The notes beneath the pieces are model-generated. The model saw only the letters and a program-made list of their open reading frames with translations. It did not search any database and was not told the origin of the DNA. A stretch of 64,000 bases of DNA from an uncultured Thermoproteales archaeon. Lineage in GTDB: Archaea > Thermoproteota > Thermoprotei > Thermofilales > B20-G17. Positions 53,581 through 63,420 of this stretch are shown one piece after another (position 1 is the first letter of the stretch; each line of letters begins with the position of its first letter). Where the stretch lies: positions 10,217 to 74,216 of the forward strand of contig CBDUMD010000006.1 of NCBI GenBank assembly GCA_965368245.1, written 5' to 3'. The translations under genes were made by a program, and so were the position numbers.

Positions 53581-54831
53581 ATGTATGTTTTTAATAGACG
53601 TAAAAGAGATCGTCTAATTATTATAGCCATTCCGGTAGAGGATGCTAGCTTCGATTCATTCGTGTCGGATCTAGAGAAAGCGCCATATTTTATTATAGCC
53701 TATATTAGAGGTAAACGTCTCGAAGACTTCAAGGTTATTCCAAGAACAATGATCAGGAAAGAGAATGCTATAGAGGTAATCAACTTTCTAGAGCGATATA
53801 ATATAAGGTATATTTTAGCTCCTCCCCCATCTATGAGGATTGTCGAGTACCTCTATGCTAGCGGTATATCGTTGATCCAGGCTGAACGTGGTTTACCTGT
53901 TATCGAAATACTTAAAGAAAAGGGATTAATCGAAGAAACATTGTATCCACCCGAGGAGATATCTAAAATCATCTCAGTTAAGCCAACTGTAGATGAAAGT
54001 CTTAAGGGAAGCATCAACGACTTTAAGCAAAAAGTTTCTAGGGCAGAGAAAAAGAGTAATCGGGTCTGGCTCTCCTCCACGGCAACTTCATTTGCTTTTC
54101 TCCTTATCGGCGCTTTAGCTCCCCCGTCTTCACCGCTTAGAGGCTTTTCTATGCTGGGGTTCATATTATTGTTCTTAGGAGGGATAATAGTTTCTGCAAA
54201 CATTTATAATAGGCAAGTTGATTGGGTTTTTAAGGAACGCTTTAATGTCCCAGGGAACGTGTCTCTCGAGAAAATATCAAAGCTTCTCGCTAATCAGCTG
54301 TCTAAATACGGTTTTCTAAAGGCTTCTCTTAGACCATCCAAAGACAAAATAGATGCATTTATTTCGGTTAAAGCCAGCTACAGTGAAGAGGGAATAATTA
54401 AAGAAGAGATTTTACCTGTCAGGTTAACTATAACTAGGGAGGGAGAGAGAACCATATCTGTTAACATTGTATCATCGATTAAACCTTCACTGGCAAAGAT
54501 CGTGGAAAAAGAGTTAATTAGAGCAAACACGGTAATTATAGATGCGCTACATAAACTTGAAGAAGCGTTTGTAGAAGAACAACAACGTTTAGCTATATCC
54601 ACCATGGTGTTCGGGGATTTTAGGTCGTTTAACAGGTTCTTGGAGGAGAAAGGAGTATTTGTTGGCGCAGTGAAATGTCCCCAATGTAGAGAAACAATAT
54701 ATTTACCTAGAGAGGGCTATACAGCCAGGTGTTGGCGCTGCGGCAGAAACTTTTCCCCAAGGGATATTTTCAGCATCATTGTCGAAAACATAAGAGAAGC
54801 AGAAAAAGAGGCTAAATTAACCACCATTTAA
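53581..54831 (+). CDS. Membrane protein with C-terminal zinc ribbon (no family recognised)
   Basis: Two central TM helices are present (FAFLLIGALAPP..., GFILLFLGGIIVSANIY). The C-terminal ribbon is CPQCRETIYLPREGYTARCWRCGRNF. The N-terminal ~110 aa are alpha/beta-like. Confidence 0.5.
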   Translation: MYVFNRRKRDRLIIIAIPVEDASFDSFVSDLEKAPYFIIAYIRGKRLEDFKVIPRTMIRKENAIEVINFLERYNIRYILAPPPSMRIVEYLYASGISLIQAERGLPVIEILKEKGLIEETLYPPEEISKIISVKPTVDESLKGSINDFKQKVSRAEKKSNRVWLSSTATSFAFLLIGALAPPSSPLRGFSMLGFILLFLGGIIVSANIYNRQVDWVFKERFNVPGNVSLEKISKLLANQLSKYGFLKASLRPSKDKIDAFISVKASYSEEGIIKEEILPVRLTITREGERTISVNIVSSIKPSLAKIVEKELIRANTVIIDALHKLEEAFVEEQQRLAISTMVFGDFRSFNRFLEEKGVFVGAVKCPQCRETIYLPREGYTARCWRCGRNFSPRDIFSIIVENIREAEKEAKLTTI

Positions 54832-54864
54832 ACAGTCCTATAAATTATAGATCACACTTAAAAC

Positions 54865-55752
54865 CTACATAGCAAGCTGTTCAAGCCAGCCTAAAGCAGT
54901 TGTTTTCACCTCTTCTACACTCATTTTAGCTATTTCCTCAATAGTCCTCGTCCTTTCTAAATGCTTGATATACTGGCATCCTAGATAATATCCGGTCTGG
55001 CTCACACCATCAATGTTGAGCCATGAGCCATAGAAGTCGTTCACCGACCTGGATTCTGCCACCCTTTCCAGGTATTTTAAAGCTAAGTATCTGATGTTCC
55101 TTTCACACCATTGAAGCCAAGACTTGTTTGAAGCCATCCTCCACTCCTCTCCACCGAGAATTAAGTGCTCACAACGGGTGGCGAATCCTTCACTATATAA
55201 AAGAAAAAGAGGATCCTCCTCTAGCCTTTCAAAGTCCTTTGGCATCAGACCTCTCAACACCATATGTGCAATATGCGATAACTCGTGTATAGTTAACCCT
55301 TCTAGCGACCTCCTTGTATGCCATTTAAGTTCAGCAATGTTTTCTAACCCGAAGAGCACAGCATAATGGTTGCTGTAAGCGGTAGCCCAGCCAGCTCCAC
55401 ACCCCGTTCCCACATAGATTACAAACACTATGTTAAAGTCCCTTTTCCAGAAATCTTTAAACTTTTTGTATGCCCTTGGAATGACTTCCCGTAGATTACA
55501 CCAGGCCTTCCTGATTTCTGGAAAAAGTTTAGGTAGATTTGGAAGTACCCTTTCCTTAGCTATCTTCCTCCAGTCTAGACCCATGCCCTCGTAGTTTTCC
55601 ACCTGTAGTTTAAAAAGCTCTGGATACTTTGACATATACTGTTTCTCCCATTCCTCCAGCTGGTGGTCAACATCCTTGTGTCCAACTTTCCTCCAATACT
55701 CTATGAACGAAGGAAAGGTGTCGACAACCCTGTAGCCCATTCCCCGCACCAA
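54865..55752 (-). CDS. Putative zinc metallopeptidase (HExxH, DUF2268-like)
   Basis: LTIHELSHIAH is present. It is 295 aa and cytoplasmic. The family assignment is tentative. Confidence 0.4.
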   Translation of the reverse strand: MVRGMGYRVVDTFPSFIEYWRKVGHKDVDHQLEEWEKQYMSKYPELFKLQVENYEGMGLDWRKIAKERVLPNLPKLFPEIRKAWCNLREVIPRAYKKFKDFWKRDFNIVFVIYVGTGCGAGWATAYSNHYAVLFGLENIAELKWHTRRSLEGLTIHELSHIAHMVLRGLMPKDFERLEEDPLFLLYSEGFATRCEHLILGGEEWRMASNKSWLQWCERNIRYLALKYLERVAESRSVNDFYGSWLNIDGVSQTGYYLGCQYIKHLERTRTIEEIAKMSVEEVKTTALGWLEQLAM

Positions 55753-55761
55753 TATACATGG

Positions 55762-56328
55762 TTAGGTGGATCGCCGCGCCATAAGGAATTTCCCGACAAT
55801 ATAGAATCCTCGTCCCCAATTATGTAGTGGAATGTTTACCCCCGGTATCTTCCAGCCCTTCCTTATACTAAAGGCTTCTTTAGAAGCCTTAGCGTTAACC
55901 ACTTCCCCAATAAATATGGTTGTGTCGCCGCTCTCCACCTCTAAGACAAGTTTACATTCCAGGAAAGCTAAGGAGTCTAAGAGCACCGGTGCCTTAACCT
56001 TTTCCCCTTCACCCACCTTTAAGCCCAACTTCTCGACTTTATTTATTTCCCAGCCACTTGTAGACCCCAGAAAGTAGACGTCATCTATTCGCTCAATTGG
56101 ATATATGTTTACCGTAAACTCCCTATACTTCTTTATAAGCTCGTTCGTAAAGCTGTCAACACCCACAGCCACAACAACCCGCGGCGGCTCCTCAGACACC
56201 GGTGTAACCCATGAAGCAGCCATAAAGTTTACCACTTCATCGAACCTTCCTGCACCTATAATATATGCAGGTCTAGGATGCAGTAGAAGATAAAACTTAT
56301 CCATAACCTCAAGCATTTCCCCACACAT
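55762..56328 (-). CDS. Flavin reductase-like FMN-binding split-barrel protein
   Basis: NFMAASWVTPVSEEPPRVVVAVG is typical of the Flavin_Reduct family. GGTGAT lies 5 nt before the ATG. Confidence 0.7.
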   Translation of the reverse strand: MCGEMLEVMDKFYLLLHPRPAYIIGAGRFDEVVNFMAASWVTPVSEEPPRVVVAVGVDSFTNELIKKYREFTVNIYPIERIDDVYFLGSTSGWEINKVEKLGLKVGEGEKVKAPVLLDSLAFLECKLVLEVESGDTTIFIGEVVNAKASKEAFSIRKGWKIPGVNIPLHNWGRGFYIVGKFLMARRST

Positions 56329-56469
56329 AGATTATCACCAGCAAAGACTATTTATCCGTTTACACGAACCTAGTTTAACAGCCGGAAAAATATTTTATGG
56401 GAACAATAATCCCAGCCTTGCGCGGGTCGCGTAGAAGTAGTGAACAACCCGCATATATAAGCCCTACTT

Positions 56470-57183
56470 TTAGAGGATTTCGAATAGTGCGTAGTCTAGC
56501 CAAACAAAGATTGGCCAGGTTAGGGCGAGTGCTTTAGTAAGTGCTTCAAGAAGTAGAATACGCTTCTCAAAGAACCCTGTTCTAACGAGCAATATGTAAA
56601 CTAAAGTTATTGTAGCTAAAGAAATGTAAGAGAACCTTATTAGTGCATGAAGGATGTTTCCAGCATATAGGAGACTTAATCCAAGGAATACAATGAAAAA
56701 ACACAGGAGAAGGGTGGCTTCTAGAGGAGCGTGAACAGGCTTTTTCTCATGCTTTCTCCCCACCTTTACTGCTATCCTCTTATATTTATATGCCCTGAAC
56801 GCTATTATGAGCCCACATAGTATGTTGTAGGCTAGCAGAGTGTAAAGAAAAGCGTTTACCGAGATAACTTCAGTTAAGCTTAATCTCGTGTCATATATTG
56901 TAAGAAAAGGCGATTGAGGGGGAAGAAGCCTATAGAGAAGGAAGAGGGAGAGGGGCACTGAAAAGTAAAAGAGAACAGACCCTCTTCGGGAGAGAAAGCC
57001 TTCATGAACCATGATTTCCCCCAAGTAAACTAAGCCCATCCCACTTACAAAGACGGATACCCGTAGTACATCGCTTAAGCACAATTCATCAACTAATACT
57101 TTAAGAATAGCAAAGGCAACTAATAGCCTTAAGCCCAGCAATACCTCCTTTCTTCCAAACTTCATGCTAAATCCCTTAACCAC
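56470..57183 (-). CDS. Integral membrane protein (about 7 TM), unknown function
   Basis: The 237-aa ORF has hydrophobic helices throughout. No motif was recognised. Confidence 0.5.
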   Translation of the reverse strand: MVKGFSMKFGRKEVLLGLRLLVAFAILKVLVDELCLSDVLRVSVFVSGMGLVYLGEIMVHEGFLSRRGSVLFYFSVPLSLFLLYRLLPPQSPFLTIYDTRLSLTEVISVNAFLYTLLAYNILCGLIIAFRAYKYKRIAVKVGRKHEKKPVHAPLEATLLLCFFIVFLGLSLLYAGNILHALIRFSYISLATITLVYILLVRTGFFEKRILLLEALTKALALTWPIFVWLDYALFEIL

Positions 57184-57224
57184 TACATAGTCCAGCTACA
57201 TGCATATCTGCTTTAAATAAATAC

Positions 57225-57683
57225 TTAAGGGCATACAAGAACATTTTCCCACTGTGAGCACTGACAATTACTAAGGCAACTTTGTATCTGTTCATACGCT
57301 TCCTGACACACTAAACATTCATCTGTATGCTCTAATGCATAAAAACCAGCTGTACTGCATGAAAGTATTATTGCATAAATAGTACCTGCGCTTGGAGATA
57401 TAATTGATATTAATGAACCAGCGACACATGAAATGAGAGATGTAATTAGCTGTATACATTTTTTACATGCATCTCGAATATCGGGACCATAATACTGTTC
57501 TAAGCAATCTCCAACACATGATTTCCATTGGGAATCAATGCATCTTTTTCCCTCGTGGCATTCTGGTTCAGTTGCTGCAGTTGGTTGTATTAGTGTTGGT
57601 GTGGTTAGTGCTGTCCATTGTATAAGCGTTGATGAAGCTAGTATTGCTAGAATTATTATAGCATAAAAGCCTACTTTTCTCAT
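57225..57683 (-). CDS. Small exported cysteine-rich protein (14 Cys) with hydrophobic core segment
   Basis: It has a signal peptide (MRKVGFYAIIILAILASS). Two Cys-rich blocks (CHEGKRC...CVGDC...CKKC and CLVC...CLSNCQC...VCP) flank a ~40-aa hydrophobic stretch. Local G+C is ~30-38% on the two 60-nt lines I counted, against ~42% on one counted control line. Confidence 0.55.
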   Translation of the reverse strand: MRKVGFYAIIILAILASSTLIQWTALTTPTLIQPTAATEPECHEGKRCIDSQWKSCVGDCLEQYYGPDIRDACKKCIQLITSLISCVAGSLISIISPSAGTIYAIILSCSTAGFYALEHTDECLVCQEAYEQIQSCLSNCQCSQWENVLVCP

Positions 57684-57792
57684 ATTTTCACCTGAATATT
57701 ATATTTCTCAAATATTATTTATGTTTTTATGTTTACAATTGTTAAATACTCTAACTTTGATTCGCTTTAATGTTCTCTTACGGGTTTTCCGT

Positions 57793-58938
57793 TTATGTTG
57801 ATAGTATGTATAGTGATATTACCATTAGAAGCACGCCCTCTATTGTTGATAGAATCCAAGTATATTTTGTTCGGAAAACCTTTAATTTTCTTATGGCTGC
57901 ACCTAAAGCTAGGACGAGAGCTAGTATTGCTATTAATGGTGCTATGAAAATCGCGTTATATAGTGCTAGTAGGGCGAGTACGTCTAAGGGTGGTAGTGTG
58001 CCCATAAGCGATAAAGCTACTAAGTAGGGTCCACTGGTACACGGCAACAAAGTTAAGCTAACGATAACCCCCACCGTAAAAGCCATTACCGCGGATAGAG
58101 GCTTCGATGAAACAAGCTTATCAACCTCCCTCCTAGCAAAGCCTGGAACCAGGCTTAGAGGCTTTCCCCTAACAGCACTAAACATAGAGCCAACTCCTAT
58201 AAGGATTCCTAGAAACGCTATAATGTACTTGGCTTGAGGATAGACTACAAAAACCCTAACAACATTCAAACCTACCAGCAGATAGACTAAGTAAACGGCC
58301 AAGATAAACGATAAGCCTGATGCGAGTGTTCTATGCCTCCCCGCGGCATGCAGGGTAACAAGTAGTAGTGCTGTAAAGACCGCGAAGGTGCATGGGTTTA
58401 CGGAGTCTGCTAAAGCACAAGCCAATACAAATGGCAGTATCCTACCAACCTCTTCTTCAACCCAAATCCTCTCAACGCTTTCAGGGTTTGTGAAAAACTT
58501 GGTCAGTAAGCCTACAAGCTTCTCATCAAGAATAGATTCGCCATCCTTAGTCACTAATAGAACTCCCTTCTCAGGAAGCTTTCTCGAAAGCTTCTCCCAG
58601 AAGTCCACTTTATGAAATCCTACTACAACAGCCCTAATCCTCCCGTTAGCGAATACTCCCGTAAGCGGTATAGGCCTGCTAGAAGAATTCGGTAAAATAA
58701 ACTCGTATATTTTGGCGAGGACTAGAGCATACTCGCGTTTCTCAACAATATCGTAGAAGGTTAAAGAGTCTTCACCGAAATGGGAGGCTAGGAGTGTTTT
58801 AAGCATACTGCAGGCTGGGCAACCGCCTGTCCCGAAAACGTAGAAATGTAGGGTTTGGGGAGAAGCCCTTAAAACCGTTAAAACTAACACTGTGGCAAAC
58901 ATACATGTCATGAAAGCCAGGAGGCTTCTGGAAGCCAT
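57793..58938 (-). CDS. Thioredoxin-like domain fused to a CcdA/DsbD-type transmembrane thiol-disulfide electron conduit
   Basis: There is a signal peptide, then the thioredoxin-fold CxxC (GTGGCPACSMLK). The membrane domain carries the two CcdA/DsbD hallmark Pro-Cys motifs (ADSVNPCTFAVF and LTLLPCTSGPYL). Confidence 0.7.
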   Translation of the reverse strand: MASRSLLAFMTCMFATVLVLTVLRASPQTLHFYVFGTGGCPACSMLKTLLASHFGEDSLTFYDIVEKREYALVLAKIYEFILPNSSSRPIPLTGVFANGRIRAVVVGFHKVDFWEKLSRKLPEKGVLLVTKDGESILDEKLVGLLTKFFTNPESVERIWVEEEVGRILPFVLACALADSVNPCTFAVFTALLLVTLHAAGRHRTLASGLSFILAVYLVYLLVGLNVVRVFVVYPQAKYIIAFLGILIGVGSMFSAVRGKPLSLVPGFARREVDKLVSSKPLSAVMAFTVGVIVSLTLLPCTSGPYLVALSLMGTLPPLDVLALLALYNAIFIAPLIAILALVLALGAAIRKLKVFRTKYTWILSTIEGVLLMVISLYILST

Positions 58939-58943
58939 ACTTC

Positions 58944-59372
58944 TTACCCCTGCACATAGGCGATATAGGAGTGAGTAAAGTCAATAAACTCTATGTTATA
59001 GTTTTCAATTTTGGTGAGAGCTACGATCACTATTCCAACGATCTTTGCTTCACCAAACTCCCCTCTACTCCCCCCAGTCCTTGTTTGAGCACTATCGAGG
59101 TCAAAAGTGAATACTCTTGAGGGAGGCTTTATATCATTAAAATCCTTCACCACTCCAATCCATATGTTAGCATAACATGTAGCTATAGTCGCTTCTCCTA
59201 CAGTCTGTAGCATGAGAGGCTTATCAGTCCAGAAACCAATGCTAACATGCTGTGAAAGCCTTTTAATAGGCCACTCTCTGAGGGCAATGGTAATGTTCTT
59301 GACAACGAGTCTAGCATCATTCTTATAGGCTGGTAAAGGCCCCCCAAAAAGGAATAAAAATAAAGGTACCAT
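58944..59372 (-). CDS. Hypothetical protein (possibly the downstream part of a frameshifted gene)
   Basis: The 142-aa ORF overlaps the 3' end of 59323-59601 by 50 nt. The overlap contains a C6A5 homopolymer (59340-59350). Confidence 0.35.
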   Translation of the reverse strand: MVPLFLFLFGGPLPAYKNDARLVVKNITIALREWPIKRLSQHVSIGFWTDKPLMLQTVGEATIATCYANIWIGVVKDFNDIKPPSRVFTFDLDSAQTRTGGSRGEFGEAKIVGIVIVALTKIENYNIEFIDFTHSYIAYVQG

Positions 59373-59601
59373 TCGCCCTCCAGCAGCTAAGATTTCTGAG
59401 AAACTTCCTTAAATCACTAATCCTATACTCACTATAAGCCAAAACCTCTTTTAATGGAAAAGCTTCAACAACTTTAGGCGAAGATCGAGGCCAAAGCCTT
59501 GAAACTATCAGGCTCCAGTCCGTTATAAGCATGGGAACTACAGCTACCACTAACACTACTATAAAAATGTAAATCCAAAACCAGTTCGCCCTTCCCCGCA
59601 C
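59323..59601 (-). CDS. Small membrane-anchored hypothetical protein (possibly the upstream part of a frameshifted gene)
   Basis: The start is GTG, preceded by AGGGGGTG. An N-terminal TM helix is present (NWFWIYIFIVVLVVAVVPMLI). Confidence 0.4.
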   Translation of the reverse strand: MRGRANWFWIYIFIVVLVVAVVPMLITDWSLIVSRLWPRSSPKVVEAFPLKEVLAYSEYRISDLRKFLRNLSCWRANGTFIFIPFWGAFTSL

Positions 59602-59680
59602 TACAACACACCCCCTAACTACACCTTACTGCTTAACGATATTGGCTTTTGCATAAAAATATTATTAACAAATAAAAATG

Positions 59681-59696
59681 AAGGCTATATAGCCTT
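59681..59696. promoter_or_regulatory. Perfect 16-bp palindrome containing a TATA core
   Basis: AAGGCTATATAGCCTT is its own reverse complement. It lies 80-95 nt upstream of the GTG start at 59601, in a 400-bp intergenic region. Confidence 0.3.
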
Positions 59697-60001
59697 GCCA
59701 TAGGTGTAATCCAAGGTTTCTAACTAAAATGGAAAACTTAAACTAATTATAGTTCCAGAGCCTTCTAACCATAGACATGCAAGACAAAGAGGGGTTTATA
59801 AGGAGAAGTTTTCATGGTTCTGCCTCAGCCCTGCGCGGTTATTTCATCGTTCAAACCTCTCGAGCCTCTTCATCGATACCAGACATCTCTTTATAATTTA
59901 AAGCCACATGGGATTTATTTAAAATTTTGTACTATAGGTGGAAGGTTTATAAGTTTTGTAATACAATATGTATTACGGTGCGCTGATCGGCTAGCGTCGT
60001 A

Positions 60002-60250
60002 GTGTCCGTTAGGATTCTTAGGGAACTTAAGGAGAGACTCGACAAGTTGAACATCAATGTGTCAGTGAGGTTATTAGAGGTCTTCTCAAGAAGTACGTTG
60101 AGAAGGCTGAGTTAAAGCGGCTTGAAGAGCGGTTAATGAGAATTAGGAAACGCCGTAGTAGGGTCACAAAGCTCATGAGACTAGGATTGAACAAGGAGGA
60201 GCTCATGTTACTATTTGGGTGGAAAATGATAAATGTATATTCTTATCTAG
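60002..60250 (+). pseudogene. Frameshifted ribbon-helix-helix antitoxin-like gene
   Basis: GTG-VSVRILRELKERLDKLNINVS then loses frame. The expected continuation (EVIRGLLKKYVEKAELKRLEERLMRIRK...) is in another frame, consistent with a 2-nt insertion (tca GT gag gtt) near 60064-60070. Confidence 0.45.
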
Positions 60251-61004
60251 AAGGAGTTTAAGCCTCCGAGGCAATGAGCATCTCTTCACGCCCTAGAATT
60301 TTAGCCGCGTACAATAGTGTTTGCCCTCACATCTTCAACGGCTATCTTGTAATCTTCCGCTATCTCTTTGGGTTTCACCCCTGTGGCCGGGAACTCTAGT
60401 ATTAGGTCTATGGTTATTCTAGTACCGCGTATTACAGGCTTGCTAGCCATGACTCGTGAGTTAATAGTAATCCTATTGAGGAGCTCCTCCAAGCGTAACT
60501 CACCTACTCTTGGTAATGTACCAAGTTAGATAACTATATTCTTTATCTCTAGAAAGCTCGATTTCACACTATAGCATGTAAAGGCGATATATTGTCCTTT
60601 CTCGCATCAAACTTCTAGAGGTGACTCGATTGAAAGTAAAATATTTGGTGGGAAGTCTCAAAAGATTAAGGTTAATGACTTCCTATTAACATTCTTAGAG
60701 AATGTTGGTAACCGTTGCGGGAATGTTATAATAGTGATCTATTAAAAGTACTATACATAGCACATGAATCTATAAGATTCAACGAATTGCTTGATAAACT
60801 CTACACGCTAGAGGCTGAGATTTACTCAAGATATTATCTAGACATATTAATGAGATGCCCAATATATGGGAGAAATATTCTAAAGCTTTGACTGAGTGTA
60901 TAAATTCTCCAAGTGAAAACTATTAGCTAATGTAGAGGTAATCAATGAAAAGAGGATAGTATCACCTCACGAAGTCTTGGTTAAAGCGACCAATACACGA
61001 ATTC
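60233..61004. repeat. Inverted-repeat arm A (diverged copy of 63421-63848, interrupted by ~341 extra bp at 60555-60895)
   Basis: The reverse complement of 63421-63848 aligns by eye to 60233-60554 and 60896-61004 at roughly 75-80% identity. One example is GATAAAGAATATAGTTATCTA near the DUF433 start. Another is CACGAAGTCTT(A/G)GTTAAAGCG...ACACGAATTC at the outer end. Confidence 0.7.
60258..60492 (-). pseudogene. DUF433-family gene copy with 3'-proximal frameshift
   Basis: MEELLNRITINSRVMASKPVIRGTRITIDLIL... is ~75% identical to the intact copy at 63590-63823. A 1-nt indel relative to that copy (caaacact vs taacatt) gives a premature TAA at 60301. The remainder (AAKILGREEMLIASEA) is readable in the shifted frame. 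Confidence 0.6.
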
Positions 61005-61058
61005 AAAATTGAGGGTTTTGGCTATAAGGAAATCTATCAGAATCTCTAGGCTATACGC

Positions 61059-61454
61059 TCACTCCAGTTCTAAGAGACCCCTTAATAGAGACGTTATCTC
61101 CTGGGGTGCTTCGTGCTCATTATACCTGTAAAACCTGAACCTGCCCCTAACTTCGACTCTCACAAGGTTGCACCCCTTCAGCGCCCTTAAGTGATGGGAT
61201 ACAAGAGTCTGATCAACGTTGAGCAGTTTAGTTAGTAGGCATACTGGTAAGGGTTTCTGAACGAGAAACAGGAGGATTTTAAGTCTAAGTGGGTTTGCAA
61301 TCGCCGAGAAAAACTTACTAATGTTGTTGATAGTCCTTTGATCGATGGTTTTCAGCACCTCTTCTCTATTGTTCAAGCATATTCTTAACAGCTCCTTCCT
61401 GCATGAATCTTTATCCAGAGATTCTATGACCTCCCTCAAACCGACCTTCTTCAT
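61059..61454 (-). CDS. ArsR/SmtB-family winged-helix transcription regulator
   Basis: FSAIANPLRLKILLFLVQKPLPVCLLTKLLNVDQTLVSHHLRALKGCNLV is present. It is divergent from the ferredoxin gene across an 84-93-nt spacer. Confidence 0.75.
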   Translation of the reverse strand: MKKVGLREVIESLDKDSCRKELLRICLNNREEVLKTIDQRTINNISKFFSAIANPLRLKILLFLVQKPLPVCLLTKLLNVDQTLVSHHLRALKGCNLVRVEVRGRFRFYRYNEHEAPQEITSLLRGLLELE

Positions 61455-61547
61455 AAGCTAGTCCTCAATCATATTATCCACCCGCTACCTTTATATATTA
61501 GTTATGAAAAATCCTTCATATGAAATATTCTTCATAGGGTGTGTTCA

Positions 61548-61943
61548 ATGGGCGAGGAAGTTCAAGTTAGAGAAAAGGATGTTCTCGGCAGAGTAATAAA
61601 GGATTTATCGAATACGGAATGGTGGGGGATACCAAGGAAAGAGATCCCATGGTATCCTCAGGTAGACTACGAGAAGTGCATTGGATGTGGTCTCTGCTTC
61701 ATGACCTGTGGTAGAGTAGTTTATGATTGGGATCTCAAGCAAATGAGACCTATTGTAGCTAGGCCGTATAACTGCTTGGTTGGATGTAGTACATGTGCTA
61801 ATCTCTGTCCAAGAGAAGCTATAAACTTCCCTTCGCTCGAAGTACTCAGGAAGTATAGGGATCTCGGGAAAGCTGTAGTTAAGGCAAGAAAGAGGCTTAA
61901 AGAGTTGAGACAACGACTCTTCAAGCACGACAATGGAATCTGA
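61548..61943 (+). CDS. 4Fe-4S dicluster ferredoxin-domain protein
   Basis: The cluster motifs are CIGCGLCFMTC and CLVGCSTCANLCP. The ATG at 61548 is preferred over the GTG at 61539. Confidence 0.7.
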   Translation: MGEEVQVREKDVLGRVIKDLSNTEWWGIPRKEIPWYPQVDYEKCIGCGLCFMTCGRVVYDWDLKQMRPIVARPYNCLVGCSTCANLCPREAINFPSLEVLRKYRDLGKAVVKARKRLKELRQRLFKHDNGI

Positions 61944-62648
61944 CTTTAAAAGCCATTAATTAATTGTCATTGTCAGAAAAATACAGTGCTATGACCAAAA
62001 AGCCGTTATAATAGGGGTGTATTCATTTTCGTGTAGATACCTTAAGTAGCTGTTCTCAAGGGCATCTTCTAGAGCTTACCATCAATGTAAAACTTTAGGT
62101 CTTCGAGAACTCTCCTTATAATCTCACCGATATTGATGGTAGGCTCATTTTCTGATAATATATAACAGCCTAGCGCATTAACTAGGCTCATTATGGAATC
62201 GTCGCTGAATAATTTTCAGGGAAGTTTCTAGTCGCTGAATTTTTGATGAGGAGTTTTCATAATAATCCTGTGTCAATTCATTGGAAGTTATGATGAGAAC
62301 TCAGATGAACAAGAGGTGATAGAGATCGTTACTACCCGCCATGGGCCTCTAAACCTTTATACATGAATCTGATAAAACTCTTACTAAACGGTCGAGTGCG
62401 TTAATTATCCTTTTATCTTCAGCCCTGATGAAGATAAAAAGTAGACGCCTCAGAAGGACCATGCTGTCTTTACTGCCAACTTCTCGTGTTCCAGAGACTA
62501 TGCTAACCACGCTTCCCCTTGTATCTCAAGACTTTAGCTGCATATAATAGTACCGTTGATATTGTTCTTCAATATTTACCTTAAGAGTATACAATGATTG
62601 CGATTAATTAGTGTGTCAACGATATCCTGTCAAGCTTTAGAATGTCTT

Positions 62649-63053
62649 TTATAATACATCTACAGGTTCTATTCTCTTTATATCAGTTTTATCAAAATGT
62701 TTGTCGAAACTTATGATACCCTTCATCTTATACTTCTTAACGATATAGTAGTTGATAGCATCATCGAAGTCTAGATTAAACTTTCTCATGACCTCTAGAA
62801 CGTGGACGTCATCTATGGGCAATGTGGTTATAACAGTTAGACCTCTGAATGTCGAAAGTAGAGTTAGGAAGAGCTTTAGCTCTCCGATCTTACCATATCT
62901 TATCATTATTAATTCAATGGAGTATAAGCTGAAGCGAGATATGGAGGCTTCTATTTCCCCTCTTCTAACTTTCTCAAGGAACTCCTCGCACTCCTTATAT
63001 CTCTCCTGCTCCAGTAAGACTTCAAGGATTATGTTGGCATCTATGAGGAACAT
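62649..63053 (-). CDS. vapC: PIN-domain toxin VapC
   Basis: MFLIDANIILEVL, DFDDAINY and ISFDKHFD are present. It is 134 aa and overlaps the upstream antitoxin gene by 13 nt. Confidence 0.75.
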   Translation of the reverse strand: MFLIDANIILEVLLEQERYKECEEFLEKVRRGEIEASISRFSLYSIELIMIRYGKIGELKLFLTLLSTFRGLTVITTLPIDDVHVLEVMRKFNLDFDDAINYYIVKKYKMKGIISFDKHFDKTDIKRIEPVDVL

Positions 63054-63304
63054 TCTCTTACCCAGAGCTTAAGGGCTTTATGTTGGAGTTCAACCGATGT
63101 GACTTTCAATTCCTTCAATAACCCCCTTATGTCCTTAACGCTTAGATCCTCTCTTTGGAGTAGATCTATACGCTCAATAAAATCCTTAATAGCTAATTCG
63201 ACTGCAGACTTTAACGATCCCTTTTTATAACCGAAGATCTTGTACGCTCTTTCTTTAAACAATTTCAGTAACTCCTCATCTAATGTGACCTTTAATTCTC
63301 CCAT
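63041..63304 (-). CDS. vapB: VapB-like antitoxin
   Basis: The 87-aa ORF is translationally coupled to the PIN gene. Its N-terminal beta-strand and helix pattern (LKVTLDEELLKLFKERAYK) is RHH-like. Confidence 0.55.
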   Translation of the reverse strand: MGELKVTLDEELLKLFKERAYKIFGYKKGSLKSAVELAIKDFIERIDLLQREDLSVKDIRGLLKELKVTSVELQHKALKLWVRECSS

Positions 63305-63420
63305 TTTCCCAAATCCCCTTATGGGAGTAGGGGTTGAAGATATAAATGTTTTTCTCTACTTAGACAACTATCAGGGACAAGCTTAGTGTAGAGAACTTAA
63401 TGAACTTGCCATTGAAGGTG

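Noticed and set aside
62244-62300. C/D box sRNA (TGATGA at ~62245 and ATGATGA at ~62293)
   Set aside because: No CTGA D or D' boxes sit at the required ~12-nt guide spacing, and no terminal pairing is present.
62411-62439. Perfect 11-bp stem hairpin TTTTATCTTCA-N7-TGAAGATAAAA
   Set aside because: The hairpin is real but sits in ORF-poor decayed DNA with no adjacent gene to terminate or regulate. I cannot interpret it.
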